A DNA stretch of 64,000 nt from assembly GCA_963742415.1 (NCBI GenBank), contig CAVULX010000003.1, positions 96,001 to 160,000 of the forward strand, in the 5' to 3' direction. Numbering within the stretch: the first letter of the stretch is position 1; each line of letters opens with the position of its first letter. The stretch comes from an uncultured Parachlamydiaceae bacterium. Its GTDB lineage: Bacteria > Chlamydiota > Chlamydiia > Chlamydiales > Parachlamydiaceae. Shown piece after piece: positions 10,186-23,300 of this stretch. A program made the position numbers and the translations under genes. The notes under the pieces were generated by a model. It ran no database searches, was not told the DNA's origin, and saw nothing but the letters and a program-made list of their open reading frames with translations.

Positions 10186-11118
10186 ATGTTTAAACATGCG
10201 TTAACACATTTTTTGATTAAAAGTTTTATTTGTTTGTTCGTGGTACCCTTGAATGCCTATCCTTCCTGGTGCCAAGCAGAACAAGCATCCAAAACTCAAG
10301 TTAAAACGCAAAATGGATTGCCGCTCTATTACTGGCAGCAGGATAAATTTGTAAATTTTGGAGATTATATATCTCTTAAAGTTGTTGAAAGGATTGTAGG
10401 GGAGCCTGTGCGCATTTACAAGTTCTATCCTTTTGAAGCAGGACGAAAACTCCTCGCTATCGGCTCTCTTTTATATTTTGCTCGCAACCATGATGTTCTT
10501 TGGGGGTGTGGATGCAATGCCAAATATCTAAGCAGGGAGGATTATAAATTTACACAATTAGACATAAGAGCGTTGAGAGGCCCCCTTACGCGCGAATTTT
10601 TAAAAGATAAATTTAATATTGACGCTCCCGAAATTTATGGGGATCCGGCTTTGCTTATACCGTACTTATTTCCTGAGTTTAAAAGAAAAAAAAAGCCAAA
10701 GTATGACTACATTGTAATCCCCCACTACAAAGAACAATCTTTATTTCCCAAACAACAAAATAACCATGCCGTTTATCCAACGGAACCTTGGGCTATAGTC
10801 ATTCAAAAGATTGTAAACAGCGCTTTTGTCATTTCCAGTTCATTGCATGGAATCGTCGTGGCAGAAGCGTACGGGATTCCAGCAAGAATGCTGAGAGTCA
10901 CCGAGGATGAACCTCTTTTCAAGTATCAGGACTATTACTATGGAACTAACCGATATGATTTTCAGTATGCAACATCTGTTGAAGAAGCTCTTCAAATGGG
11001 GGGAGAAAAGCCTTTTGAATGTGATCTCGAAAGATTATACAAAGCTTTTCCCTTTGAATGTTGGCCCCATGCAAAATTTCCAAATATACGATTTCCAAAG
11101 AAAGAAACGGCAGCCTAA
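10186..11118 (+). CDS. polysaccharide pyruvyl transferase family protein with signal peptide
   Basis: NFGD, AIGS, ALRGPLTR, GDPALL, IPHY, ISSSLHGIVVAEAYGIP motifs. Confidence 0.88.
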   Translation: MFKHALTHFLIKSFICLFVVPLNAYPSWCQAEQASKTQVKTQNGLPLYYWQQDKFVNFGDYISLKVVERIVGEPVRIYKFYPFEAGRKLLAIGSLLYFARNHDVLWGCGCNAKYLSREDYKFTQLDIRALRGPLTREFLKDKFNIDAPEIYGDPALLIPYLFPEFKRKKKPKYDYIVIPHYKEQSLFPKQQNNHAVYPTEPWAIVIQKIVNSAFVISSSLHGIVVAEAYGIPARMLRVTEDEPLFKYQDYYYGTNRYDFQYATSVEEALQMGGEKPFECDLERLYKAFPFECWPHAKFPNIRFPKKETAA

Positions 11119-12172
11119 CGTTATCTTTCTATTTTTCTTTATCTGGATCTTCACTCCAGCACATTTGAAGGGGGTAATAGATCTAAATTCTTTTGAACAA
11201 AATTTCATATTAGAGCAAAAAAAAATTGAAATCCCTCAATATCCCGACGCGTTCAATCCTTCGATCATCCGCTGGCAAGAAAAATTATTATTGTCGTTTA
11301 GAATTCGAGACCCCCACACTAAATCTACAGATGCCATCGGTTTTATTTGGCTTGACGACCATTTTGAGCCTCTGGAGGAACCGTTGAGACTCCAGATTGT
11401 AAATCAGAAGCCCAGAAATAGTTCCTGGCCGCAAGATCCCCGCCTTATTTTGATCAAAGGCAACCCTTATATTGTGTACAGCGACCTTAAGAAAGGGGGA
11501 AAAGAAAGGGAACGGAGAGTTTACATTGCTAAATTGCGATATGACGATCACTCCTTTTCCATCCATGCGCCAGTAGAGATGTCCCATTTCGTTGGGGAAG
11601 GGGCTTGTCTACAGGAAAAAAATTGGGTCCCTTTTGATAATAATGGCAGCTTGCTTTTGGCTTACAGTTTGCATCCTCATCGGATATTCAAACCTATTTT
11701 AGATACAGGAAGGTGTGAAATCCATTCTGAATCTGCCAGTAAAATCAAGTGGGATTGGGGAACTTTAAGAGGGGGTACGCCTGCGTTGAAAGATGGGGAT
11801 GAATATGTCGCTATTTTTCATTCCTCCAAACATCTGACTACAGTGCAATCCAAAGGGGACAAAATGCAACACTATTTTATGGGAGGGTACAGGTTTTTAA
11901 GCCATCCCCCTTTTTCCATTACAAAAATGTCACCCCACCCGATTGTCGGAAGCAAATTCTATGATGGCCCCTCCTATCAGACATGGCAACCTCTCCGTGT
12001 CGTCTATCCTGGAGGCATTCTCATAGATCCTGACTACTTATGGATTGTGTATGGAAAGCAAGATCATGAAATATGGATGGCCAAGTTAGATAAAAAAGCT
12101 TTTTACGATAGCCTTGTACCTGTTGAACCTTTGCAAGCGCAATTCAGTAAACCTCATTTAAATTTAAAATAA
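11069..12172 (+). CDS. five-bladed beta-propeller glycoside hydrolase/transferase-like protein (GH130/Bmt-like), paralog 1
   Basis: FNPSI, QDPRL, EKNWVPF, LRGGTPA, VVYPGG, YGKQD; start placed at ATG 11069 before a hydrophobic segment. Confidence 0.7.
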   Translation: MQNFQIYDFQRKKRQPNVIFLFFFIWIFTPAHLKGVIDLNSFEQNFILEQKKIEIPQYPDAFNPSIIRWQEKLLLSFRIRDPHTKSTDAIGFIWLDDHFEPLEEPLRLQIVNQKPRNSSWPQDPRLILIKGNPYIVYSDLKKGGKERERRVYIAKLRYDDHSFSIHAPVEMSHFVGEGACLQEKNWVPFDNNGSLLLAYSLHPHRIFKPILDTGRCEIHSESASKIKWDWGTLRGGTPALKDGDEYVAIFHSSKHLTTVQSKGDKMQHYFMGGYRFLSHPPFSITKMSPHPIVGSKFYDGPSYQTWQPLRVVYPGGILIDPDYLWIVYGKQDHEIWMAKLDKKAFYDSLVPVEPLQAQFSKPHLNLK

Positions 12173-12185
12173 TTATAGGACATTT

Positions 12186-13319
12186 ATGCAAAATAAAAGC
12201 CAAAATTTGATATTAACCCTCTTGGATACGCTAAGCATCTGTTTTCTGACGTTTTTTATTGCCTATTTTTCAAACTCATATGCTATAGAAGAATTGAAAG
12301 AGACAGCTCAAGATCTTATTATAGAAACCAAGCGGATTAAAATTCCGGGTTATCCTACAGCATTCAACCCCTCTGTTATAAGATGGAAAGGCTCTCTCCT
12401 CTTAAGTTTTCGTGAAATCCCTTATCCTCCGTTGCCTTTTAATTCACGGCTAGGCTTAGTATGGCTGGATGAGGATTTCAACCCGAAAAGCCCTCCCCAG
12501 ATTCTTGAGACGCAATCAAAGTATCCTTTTGTTCCTTCCAGAGTGGACGACGCCCGGCTGGTTATCGTTGGAGACCGCCTCTATTTGGTATATAGTGATA
12601 ACCAAGATACAATCATCAGCAGGGGTGGGTTCAGGCTATATGTTGCGGAAGTATTGCTCACAGAGGGGATTTTTTCTTTGCATAACACGGAACGGCTCTC
12701 CATTTTTGAAGAGGAATCTAAGCAAGTGCGGCAAAAGAATTGGGTCCCTTTTGATTATCAAGGCAACTTACTGCTAGCCTACAGTTTGCAGCCCCATGTT
12801 ATTTTTCATCCTTTATTAATGGAGACAGAGACATGTGAGACAGTTGTTTCTACGATATCGAAATTGGATTGGAATTGGGGGGAACTTCGAGGGGGTACTC
12901 CGGCTATTTTAGAGAATGGCGAGTACCTTTCCTTCTTCCATTCAGGGGTCAACATACAATCGATCTATTCAAATGGGAAGGTTATTTTACATTATTTCAC
13001 GGGGGCTTATACATTTCAAAAAGACCCTCCTTTTGCCATCACCAAAATAAGCCCTCAACCTATCATTGAAAAGGGGTTTTATAGCCCACCCCATTATAAG
13101 CCTTATTGGAAATCAGTCAGGGTGGTATTTCCTTGCGGCATCCTTTGCGAGGAGGAATACATTTGGGTTACCTATGGCCGGCAAGATCATGAATCTTGGG
13201 TGGCCAAGTTCGATAAAAAGAAACTGTTGTCAAGTTTGGTGGATGTCAAATCTATTGAAACCATTTGCCCTTTCGATGAGTCAAGCCTAAATTTTGAAAT
13301 AAAAACAAAGGAATTTTAA
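12186..13319 (+). CDS. beta-propeller glycoside hydrolase/transferase-like protein, paralog 2
   Basis: FNPSV, DDARL, QKNWVPF, LRGGTPA, VVFPCG, YGRQD; N-terminal signal. Confidence 0.72.
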   Translation: MQNKSQNLILTLLDTLSICFLTFFIAYFSNSYAIEELKETAQDLIIETKRIKIPGYPTAFNPSVIRWKGSLLLSFREIPYPPLPFNSRLGLVWLDEDFNPKSPPQILETQSKYPFVPSRVDDARLVIVGDRLYLVYSDNQDTIISRGGFRLYVAEVLLTEGIFSLHNTERLSIFEEESKQVRQKNWVPFDYQGNLLLAYSLQPHVIFHPLLMETETCETVVSTISKLDWNWGELRGGTPAILENGEYLSFFHSGVNIQSIYSNGKVILHYFTGAYTFQKDPPFAITKISPQPIIEKGFYSPPHYKPYWKSVRVVFPCGILCEEEYIWVTYGRQDHESWVAKFDKKKLLSSLVDVKSIETICPFDESSLNFEIKTKEF

Positions 13320-13320
13320 A

Positions 13321-14376
13321 GTGAACATTCATTCTTGGATAAGATTATATTTTATTTTTTTCTGCTATTTTGCAGAAGCCTCCCTCGACTTAACAGTAAT
13401 GGCCCAAGATTTTGTTCTGGAAACTAAAAAGATTGAAATCCCTGGAGTCCCCTATGCTTTCAATCCTTCCATCATCTCGTGGGATCATAACCGTTTTTTG
13501 ATGAGCTTTAGAGCTATTTCAGAAGAGGATCAAAAAACCTTAAAATTGCCTTGTTCAGGCATTTCACAAATCGGCCTGGTTTGGTTGGACGAGCATCTTT
13601 CACCCATGGGCGACCCTATTTACGTCACAACAGATCCGATGATTTGCCGGACGATTGACGACGTTAGGTTAGTCAAATGCCATAATAATTTGTATCTTGT
13701 GTCCAGCGGAAACTTGGATCCAGAAGGGCGCGATGAAAATTTTAAGATGTTTGTTGCAGAGATTGATGTCGGGGAAAAAGCATTTGCCGTCAAAAGGGTG
13801 GAATGGCTGAATCATTATGAAGGGGAGGAAGAAAAAAGGAGAGAAAAAAATTGGGTCCCTTTTGATTACCGCGGAAATCTTTTATTAGCCTATAGTATTA
13901 ATCCTCACTTTATTCTATATCCTGAGTTATTAGGAACTGAAAGTTGTTTGACTATTTCGAAAACGAATGCCCAGATAGATTGGGAATGGGGAGAACTTCG
14001 TGGAGGTACGCCTGCGCTCCTTTTGGATGAAGGGCGTTATCTAGCCTTTTTCCACTCCACAATAGATATCGCTACTTACCATTCTCAAAACCAAGTGATG
14101 CCTCATTATTTCATAGGCGCTTACACATTTTCCAGCGAACCCCCTTTTGAAATTACCCACATCAGCCCCTCGCCAATAGTAGCGAAAACATTTTATAATG
14201 GCCCCGTCTACGACCCTTATTGGAAACCTGTGAGGGTGGTGTTTCCTTGCGGATTTTATTTTGAAAAAGATTACATTTGGATCGTCTATGGAAGGCAAGA
14301 TCACGAAATATGGATAGCCAAGCTGGATCGGAAATCTCTGCTTGAAAGCCTTGTTCCTGTTATCACATCTTGGTAA
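13321..14376 (+). CDS. beta-propeller glycoside hydrolase/transferase-like protein, paralog 3
   Basis: FNPSI, DDVRL, EKNWVPF, LRGGTPA, VVFPCG, YGRQD; N-terminal signal. Confidence 0.72.
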   Translation: MNIHSWIRLYFIFFCYFAEASLDLTVMAQDFVLETKKIEIPGVPYAFNPSIISWDHNRFLMSFRAISEEDQKTLKLPCSGISQIGLVWLDEHLSPMGDPIYVTTDPMICRTIDDVRLVKCHNNLYLVSSGNLDPEGRDENFKMFVAEIDVGEKAFAVKRVEWLNHYEGEEEKRREKNWVPFDYRGNLLLAYSINPHFILYPELLGTESCLTISKTNAQIDWEWGELRGGTPALLLDEGRYLAFFHSTIDIATYHSQNQVMPHYFIGAYTFSSEPPFEITHISPSPIVAKTFYNGPVYDPYWKPVRVVFPCGFYFEKDYIWIVYGRQDHEIWIAKLDRKSLLESLVPVITSW

Positions 14377-14396
14377 CCTGAACTTTGGAGATAAGT

Positions 14397-17300
14397 TTAA
14401 ATTTTTTCCTCATAAGGGCGTTCGGGGATAGCTTCAATGAACAAGTCTTCCACAATTGAGCCGGAATAAGTTTGCTTTCCCCTTTGTTTATGAATTTCTT
14501 CGAAAGCATCTTGTATTTTTTCTGCATCGATCTCTTTGAGCCATTTACAAAGGACGCCCTTTTCTGCTATCACATCAACAGTTCCATCCAAGATCTTCAA
14601 CTGCCCAATCAGAAGATTGAAATCATCATTATTTCGCAGGTTTGCTTGGGCGATGGGATAACCTGCTTGGATCGTTCGGCTATGCACATCCCACAGAACA
14701 ACTTTCACCTCTTTTTCTTTCCAATATATGGGATTAGGAGTTAATTTTTTGCGCCACATGACGGAATCACGTACTGAGAGTGGGCCAACGTATAGAATTT
14801 TGATCCCCTCTTCTGTTTCCATAAAGTGGACGAGAACTTCGTGCAAGCCAAACTGATGCTTGCTCCCGATCTCTGATGCTGTTTCAAGCAAGGAATACTT
14901 TTTTCGTACAACAAAGTTGTTGGAAAGCCATAGCCGCTGATCGAAGTAGGGAGCTATGACCTGCAGGGTTTGTGATCCTGCAGATTCAAGTAAAGAACGC
15001 ACTGTATAAAAGGGGCAGGTCTTTTGTTTTTTCATGCCCAGGAATGGCAATGTCCAACTCGACAGGATGACATTTTCTACTTCTGGCGTACTAAATATAA
15101 GCCAATTTACAGAGGTCTCGTCTTCTATTTTAGGCCAATCAATTTCTTGATAATGAAAACGGGAGCGGGATTGGCACTGTTGAGACTCTTGTTGGTTTTG
15201 CAGCTCTTGCTGACTTTCGTTTTGGCTTTCTTCTTGCCTTTCATGCTCTTTTGTCTGCTCCACGTTAGTTTCAATGGTTTGTGTGATTTCAAGCACATCC
15301 AGAGGGGCTATTTCTAGCTTTCCCTCTTTACTTTGTTTCGACGCCACCACTTGCTCAGTCAACACCGGATAAGCAAGTTCTTTAAGATTTTTCTTAACTT
15401 GTTTTTTTTCTCTTTCTTTGAAAGATCGACTGTTGTTGATAAGCGCAAGCGCTTGTTTTTTTGTTGCTTTCAAGACTTTCTTAGGATCAACCGTTACCCT
15501 CAATAAACCAAAAATTTTAGAGGGATCATCCTCATTATTTGTGATAAAGATATCCTTAAATTCTTTCCATACATTGCTCCACTTGCTGAATTGCTCTGAG
15601 GGCGTCATCATGATTTTATGATAAATGGCTTTTTTAGAAGTTGTGAAAATCTTTTTTCCTGTCGCAGGGTAATTTTCCTCTTCCCCTATTGCGGCTTCAT
15701 TGCGAACGGCGTAATTCAATATTTCATGAAGTGTAGGTGTACGGAGGTTTTTATCATCCGGATCATACCCTAAAATCATCCGCTGAACATCTTTTGTAAG
15801 GCAAAGATGGATGTTTTGAACGGGCATCTTTAATATCAAATCTTCGATCTGCTTCAACTTTTGTTGTTTTTTTAAATCTCGGATGCGGAAAAGTTCTTGC
15901 ACCAACCGGAACAAGGGATGATCGGGTCCGACCGTTTCCAAGCCATCTCCCGATTGTTTAATATCAGAGCCAAAGCCGTGCCGTTGATCGTAATAAGTGA
16001 GGCATTTCTTAGGTTCTTTCTCCAATGTAGCAGCAAGCCGAGGTTCAGTTTCGTTCTTTACGAAACAGTAAAGCTGCTCATCATCTTTGTAAAATTTAAT
16101 ACCCTCGATATCAGGCCTATATCGGTTGCAATGATCCATCATTGCTTTAGCCACCTCTTCGTTTTGTTTCCCTGTGAAAAGAGCACCCCCGTCAATGATG
16201 GCGGAGAATTTTGATCCAGCTTTGAAATAAGTCTTCAAAATCTCTTTCAAAATCAGCGTAGGTTCATTTGATTTGAGAATATGAATTCTATCTTGAGAAC
16301 ATTTTTGATGAATAATATGAAGCAATTCTCCCATTGTAGTCGGATCCAGAATCATTTTTATTCCGTCGGGATAAGTTCCGTCGTTATAAGGGGTCCCTGT
16401 ACAGGAGATCTGATGGAACATCATGGCAAAATCATGAGATGTCACTTGGATGCTTTGGGTCCAATAGCGAATTTCATTTTTGATACAATGCCTTACATAC
16501 AGAAGGCATGCATCGAGATTTTTTCTCAAAGCATCAAAGGTTGAAAAGTAAAACGGATTGCTCGATCGTGGGGTTGTAGAAAAAAGTAAAGATTCAACGA
16601 GATCATCTTTAAATTTTCTGTAAATAAACGTCTGATCATAGAGAATTTTCTTAGCCTCCATCTCTTTTCGTGCGCTTTTTGCCATGGCTGCTAAAAATTT
16701 CTCGAATTGGTCTTCATTGAGTCCGTTAGCAAAAAGCATCAGCATAGTCTTCATTAATGTTTCATAAGGACTTTGGATGGAATTTTGTTCAACAACGTGG
16801 CTGTTTCCATCACTGGGACGAGCAAATTCCCCATTTCCTTTTTGGGAAGCCATATAATGGACGCTTGCAATGTTTTTAAAGTTCATGGGAAACAATACGT
16901 TTAGCATCCCTTTCACAATTGAAATCTGTTGATATAAGAGAAGATCGCTTGTTATCCACAAGGGAATCTCTTCCGATAGGTCACAGACAAATTCGATAAA
17001 TTCAGCCCGCGCCTGTTTATTTTTTTTAATTTTAAAACGGAGGTCCTTGCTCAGGATTTCAGCAATACGGGGTTTGATGACTTTCTCATACCGCTCTTTA
17101 TCGATTGTATAGAGCTTGTTGTTTTGCATGGGCCCGCATAATTCTGGATCCCTTATCATCACACGAGCAACAGCCTCCATGATGATATAAAAATCATTGT
17201 CGATAGTTTTTGAAGATCCGATCGTAAAATTCAATTGATGGCGAAAACGGTAGATCTCATGAGCTTCATCAATGACAGCGATCCCTTTGGTATACATCAA

Positions 17301-20300
17301 GCTGAGAGCCTTATGGAGGAGAATTAAACAACGTTTCTCTTCATAATTTTTGCCTTTGTCTTTGAAAAAGTAATCAAAAAGACGTGCGTCTAAGAGCGCT
17401 CGCAACGTTTGGGGATCCTCCTTTGTAAGTTGAAGGACTTCCCTTTCCTCTTTAGCATTTGTCATTAAACCTAAGAGGGCTTCTAGATTACCTCTATAAA
17501 GGGTGTTCTCTCTTTTGAAAGAGAGAACGTGGGAAGCTTTATTGTATATAGAACGCAACTGTATTGAAAATTTAGATTGATTATCCCCTGCTAACTGTTT
17601 TGGAGATATGATCATTACAAGATTGTTGCCATCGAGTTTATTCACCGCAATAGCCGGAATGACATAATGGGTCTTTCCCACTCCTGGCTGTGCCTCAAAA
17701 GCAACATCCTTTCTGATCTCTGATAAAATCATTTCCCCTTTTTTTACTTGTTGCTCCCAGAGCATATGTCCCGAACCTGCCTGAAAACGGAGGTTTCTTC
17801 TGAGCACGTCTTGATTGTGGCTATCCAAATTAATAGCTGGGCGAATTTTTAACTCAATGGCTAACTGCTCCACTTTTTCCCAATATTCGGAAGAATGTAC
17901 ATTGGAAGATGCTTTTGAAATTTCATCCATGATTTTGAGAAGTCTTTCCACTTGTTGCAACCGGGAAGTTTTATGGTCAATCCTGGCAATGGCAAGTTCA
18001 AGCTTAGGAATGATGAGATTAGATAATCCTGTATCCTCCACTAAAAGTCCCAATGAATTATTTTCAACCAAGGTAACAAGGTCTAAAAAACCGATCGAAG
18101 CTGTTCCTGACAGAAATCCAAACTTTGTAGTATTGAAAATCCCCAGCAACTTCGATTTCTCTTCCTCAACATGTTGGGAAAAAATAGAATAAAAACTTTG
18201 CAAGCGGATGTAGATATCGATAAGGGCTTTGGTGTCCTTCAAAATGTAATAGGTTGGATTTGGATCTGCTTTCTGGTAAAAAGCCTTGATGCTGTCGTTA
18301 ACACGTTTAATGCGATCTTTAACAACTGGACTATCAGAGGGTCTTTCTTGAAACAACTTAACTTCCACTTCAGGCTGATTCAGTCCCTCTTCTATCGAGT
18401 CCAATTCTTTTTCCAGTTCTGTTAATTCTAGGGCATCTGACTCTTTATCAGATTGGAGATCGCTTTCCTGGTTTAAAACTCCCTTTTCTTCTTTGAACGC
18501 TAGATTGAATAACTGATCTAGAAAGGTATTCACAATCTGATCATCCGTCTTCAACGATGAAAAACTAACCGAAAGGCGGACAATTTGATCTCTTGCTCTA
18601 GCATTTACTGTTTCAATTTTCGTTTTCTGTGTGTACGCATGATAGATTTTGCCGATCACGTGCATGGCGGGCACTGTAAAAATGGGCATCGGTAAGACTT
18701 GTCTCCAGCCTAAATTGCGATCCATCTTTTTAGCTAAGAAATATTTAGCAACACCAGCAACCGCATAGATATACAGGCTCGAACCCAATTCATGTGTGCG
18801 AGCGGCCGTGCACTCAGCCGCAGACAGCATTCCTGATGAAGCTTCACAAAAACTTTGGGTCACCTCGGCAGTTGCAGTGCCTGCTAAATAGACAGTCCCA
18901 TAGACGGCTCCGGCAGTAATCAGGACGTGCTTGGCCGCTCTGGCCACATCCCACCGTGTAATTTTATTCTTGATGAAATATCTTCCAATGCCTCCAACTT
19001 CATTCCTCAGGGATGTTCCTGCATCAAGCATTGGATCCCAAGCCATGTCTGTGACCGCCTTGGAACCCATTTCGGCAAATTGAGAGGTAGGTGCGTAGGA
19101 AAAAAACTGAGGAGGCATCAGTTGGTCTCTGATGGCAGCCAACACCCGATCGGTCCCTATTGCATGAAAAAGATACTTGTATAAAGGATCCACAAATTCC
19201 GACAAAAAATAGGTTTCAAACATACGTGCATTCAACTCTTCGAAAAATTTCCCCCATCGTGGATGCCGTTTGTCAAATTCGGCCTTGTCGGCCCCCGTAT
19301 CCGTAGACATATGAGCGACGATCAAATCATGGGTATCGGGAAAAGCTGTTGGATAGAGTATGATCGCTTCTAGATAAAGCATTAGGACTTGGGTTTGCCT
19401 ATCCCATCCCCCTTTTTTCAAAGTCAACAAACGGATTAAGTCTTCCTGTGTCGGAATAAAATGCTCGGGATACTCCTCTTGTTTGAAAGGAAAATCTCCC
19501 CGAGCCAAAGCATAATGAGCCGAGAAGTTTTTTTTGAACTCCAAAGCTGTCAACGTTTGAGGGTTCATGTTAGGGGAGGGTTCAATCCAAGGATCCATCT
19601 CCCTATAAAATCTTCGTAATCGAAGGGCTTTTAAATCAAACCAACGTTGATCCCGAAATCGGCTGAACGTTTCGATAATAGCACCTAAAACGCCCCCCTT
19701 GTTGTTCCATAAAGTCGCGGTGTAACGAACAGGCTTGCCTTCACATAACGCAGGGATGCCCGAAGGAGCAGAAATAGCCCTTGAAGCTAATTGTACCAGA
19801 GAGGAGATCATGGTATCTTGGATGCCCGCGTTTTCTTTTAACTGCCGGTACCTTTGGCTTAATCCGGGAGTAATACACATGGCTTCGATGATTGTATCCC
19901 AACCGATTTCTTCGACAAAATCTAACACTTTTTTCGGCAACTTGAGCTTATCTCGAAAAACCACACCGAGATGGCGATAAACACATTTAAATAAAAAGAA
20001 CTCTTGATTGGTTGTTAAAGGCTGTCTTGGATCAGGGGCGTTAATGTGGGAATTCAAGTCCCATAAGGCTGTTGCGGCCACTAAAATAAATTGCGCAGTT
20101 TCAGAGCCAAATTTGAAGGGGTTTTGTTCCCCATCTTTTTCATGCACTGCTGATGAAGAATCTGGAAACAAGTGATGGTTTTGTTCAAGCGCAGAAAATA
20201 AACGGCGGCGAAGATATCCAATTCCCTCGATTTCTATGGGAACCAAAGCCAAAAGGGAGATCGTGTTCCAAAGGTAGGATGGCACTTTTTGACTTCTATA

Positions 20301-23300
20301 AATCCTCTCCAATTCTTTGCAAATCTCTTCCGCAGCTTGTTTTTTTCCTTGGATGATATAAAATAATAAAAGGTGTCCCAATTTTTCAGGATCCCCACTT
20401 CCCAAACGGGAACCTCCTGAGTGACCTTCATAGATATCTAATTCTACATAACCTGAGATGGCTAGATTTTCATTGAGGGCAGCGAGCTGATCCTGAACAA
20501 AGCGTTCTGCTGGACCGGTAAGAAATAAAAAGCGGGTAAAAATGCTATGAATGTATTGCTTTTGAGAAAGGAGAACTTTTTTCTTTCCCGCGCCATTTTC
20601 CAAGATAAGGTACGAAGTCATTCCTTTCAGAGCCGAATGTTCCTGACATTTTGCAATGTGAAAGTCAGAAAATTCCTTAGATTTTCCGATAATTTCCCCT
20701 TTTCTGCTCTTATAAAAATTAAAATTTAGATTTTGCTCTTTAAGACAAAGATGGGAAATATATGGATCCCCGGGATAGGCTTTGGCGACGATTTTTTTAG
20801 CGGGACAAAATCGTGTCAAAGGCTTAATTTGAGAAAGAATCAGATCTGTAGGAACAATGACAGGATCCTTTGCCGCTGATGAGGAATTGCTTTCTGCAGT
20901 TGGCAAGTCGATCAATTCTTCCGGATGCTCAGGATTATAAGTTAAAATGGTGAAGTTATTTAAATTACCTTTGCTTTGAATAAGTAACTTTTTTACAGGT
21001 TGCTCTGTTTTTTCTACCCAAAATAAGATATTTTTAAGTAAATGTGTATTCAATTGTGCTTTTAGGTTTTTTATTAAGTTTGATTTAAAGTTCAAAAATA
21101 TTTCCTCGTTACCCGCGGAAATATATTCATATACTACCCCTTCTATAACCTCTCTAAGCACTATTATTTTTTCATTCCCAGACAAGACGACTTCTGCCTC
21201 AAACCGCCCATCTTTTGTGCGGAATAATCGGTCATTGATGATTTTCAGAGAGGATTCATTGATTCCAAGGATTGTTTTAATCTGACTCTTGATGTTCTCC
21301 CATTCCTCAGGTGAGAGACAGATTTTTTTTCCGTTAGATGAATTGGTAAGTTTTATGGATCCGTCTTCAAAGTCCACCAAAACCCCATTTTTCTCAAATT
21401 TCCAATCACCTGCCTGACTCCAATCTATTTGCCCCTCCCCTTCAAATGCGATTCCACGCTTTTTTACTAGATCGTCTAGAATTTCATTTCTTCTGGTTTG
21501 ATCTTTCAAATCGTTCTCAATGATAGGCAGCCATCGTGAAAAAGCCTCCATAAAGTTGGGGATCAAGCGTTGATATTCATCTTTTTCTTCACTTGAAAAA
21601 GCCGCACCATCAAACCACGCATCTAAAAAAATTGAGAGGGTTTTTTGTTTTTCCTCTTCCTGATTGGCTTCCCCAGGAAAACCTAAACTGATGGCATGCA
21701 TAGCTTGAAGGCGTTTTTTGTGCCTCCATGTTACATTGCCTGTAGGGATTTTTTCTAAATAGTCTGTAAAGTCAGGAAAGTAGGCTTTACTTTCAGGATG
21801 ATAGAAACAGCAAAAGCGCTTAATGCGAATTCCTAAATCTATAGACCACAAAAATTTTTCTATATATTTTTGCTCTATAAGCTCATTGAACAGCTCTCCA
21901 AACATTTGGACAGATTGCGGGGATTTCAAGATCTGTTGTTTTAAAGCACCGGGTGCAAAAAAAATGGAATCGAGCCAAATGCGAAAATCGATTTCTTGTA
22001 CATATTTACATATACCCTCTTCTTTAATGAAATTGATATAATGGAGGATACGTTCAGAGATTTCTTTACCTCCAGTCTCTAAAGCATCCCATAAGCGACT
22101 TTTTGGTTTCTCTAAAACAGCGGCTTCTTCCCTGCAATGTTCAGGAAACATTAAATCGGGAGATTCACTCCAGGTCCAAATAATTTTTTGAGATTTAAAC
22201 CCGTTAAGCCATGGAAATTTAGTAAGATGTGTCAACATGGAATAGTCATTCTCGTTGTAGGAAATCTTCCATACGGCTTTTGGCTTTCGCATTGAGCAGT
22301 TTTTTGGATACTCAGGAGGGGGCAAATCTTTTGGGTTTATAAGCTTAGGTTCGGTTTCTTCTCGCAACAATAAAGTGCCAATTGATTGACAGAGCAAAGT
22401 TTGCAATTTCAAAAGGGTAAACGCGCGGGGCAAGAGGGGATTTTTCCTAGTAAACACGAGGGATTCCTGAAAGAGCACCAACATTTTTTGATGTTCTGTC
22501 AATGTTTCGGTAAAGCCTAAATCTTTTAATCGGGCAGAAGTTTTGGGATCTGCAGCTAGTACTTTAAGATACTCTCTTTCTCCCTTTGAGATTCTTTTAA
22601 GCTTTCCTTGGTTAAAATCATCGATGATAGAAGGAACCGGAGGAGGTTTGCCTATATCCAAAGGGTCTTCCCAAATTTTGCTAGAAAAATCCCTGAAGGC
22701 ATCGATGAACTGATAACCTTGTTCATAATAAAATAATCGATTCTTTTGTTTAGAAAAAAATTCTTTCATTTCATATTTCTGTTCTAAAACAAAATCGGGG
22801 AGAAGGTAAAGGTTTAAGCCCTCCAGCCTTTCCAAAAGCTCAGGATCTTCGATGACAAGCCCTTTCGCTGCATAAAAAGTCCGTAAACCAGCTGCATATA
22901 TTTGCTGCTCCTTGATGTGTGCATCTGGGCACTTTCTAGCTAAACAAAGCAAAATGGCTTGAATCTGGTACATCGCCACTATGAATGGTACATTTTTATT
23001 TAAAGTGTTCAGCTCTTCTGATTTCTCTTTCTTTGTTTTTTCACCATTCGTTTGCTGTGTGTTTCCTAATTCTTCTTGTGCCATTTGTTTTTTTAATGTT
23101 TCTGCTCTAGCGTCAATAGACTTATAAATCATCAAATCCAATGAGAGATCAGTAAGCAGATCCATAAACTCTAAAGGATCTTCTACCCTATCCCACATGG
23201 AATCGCCATCGAGTGAAGGGGGATCAAGGGATAAAATCTGTTTAACTAAATAAGCCTCTCTTTTTGCACCCAGTTGGATGGTTTGGTTGGTTAACCAACC

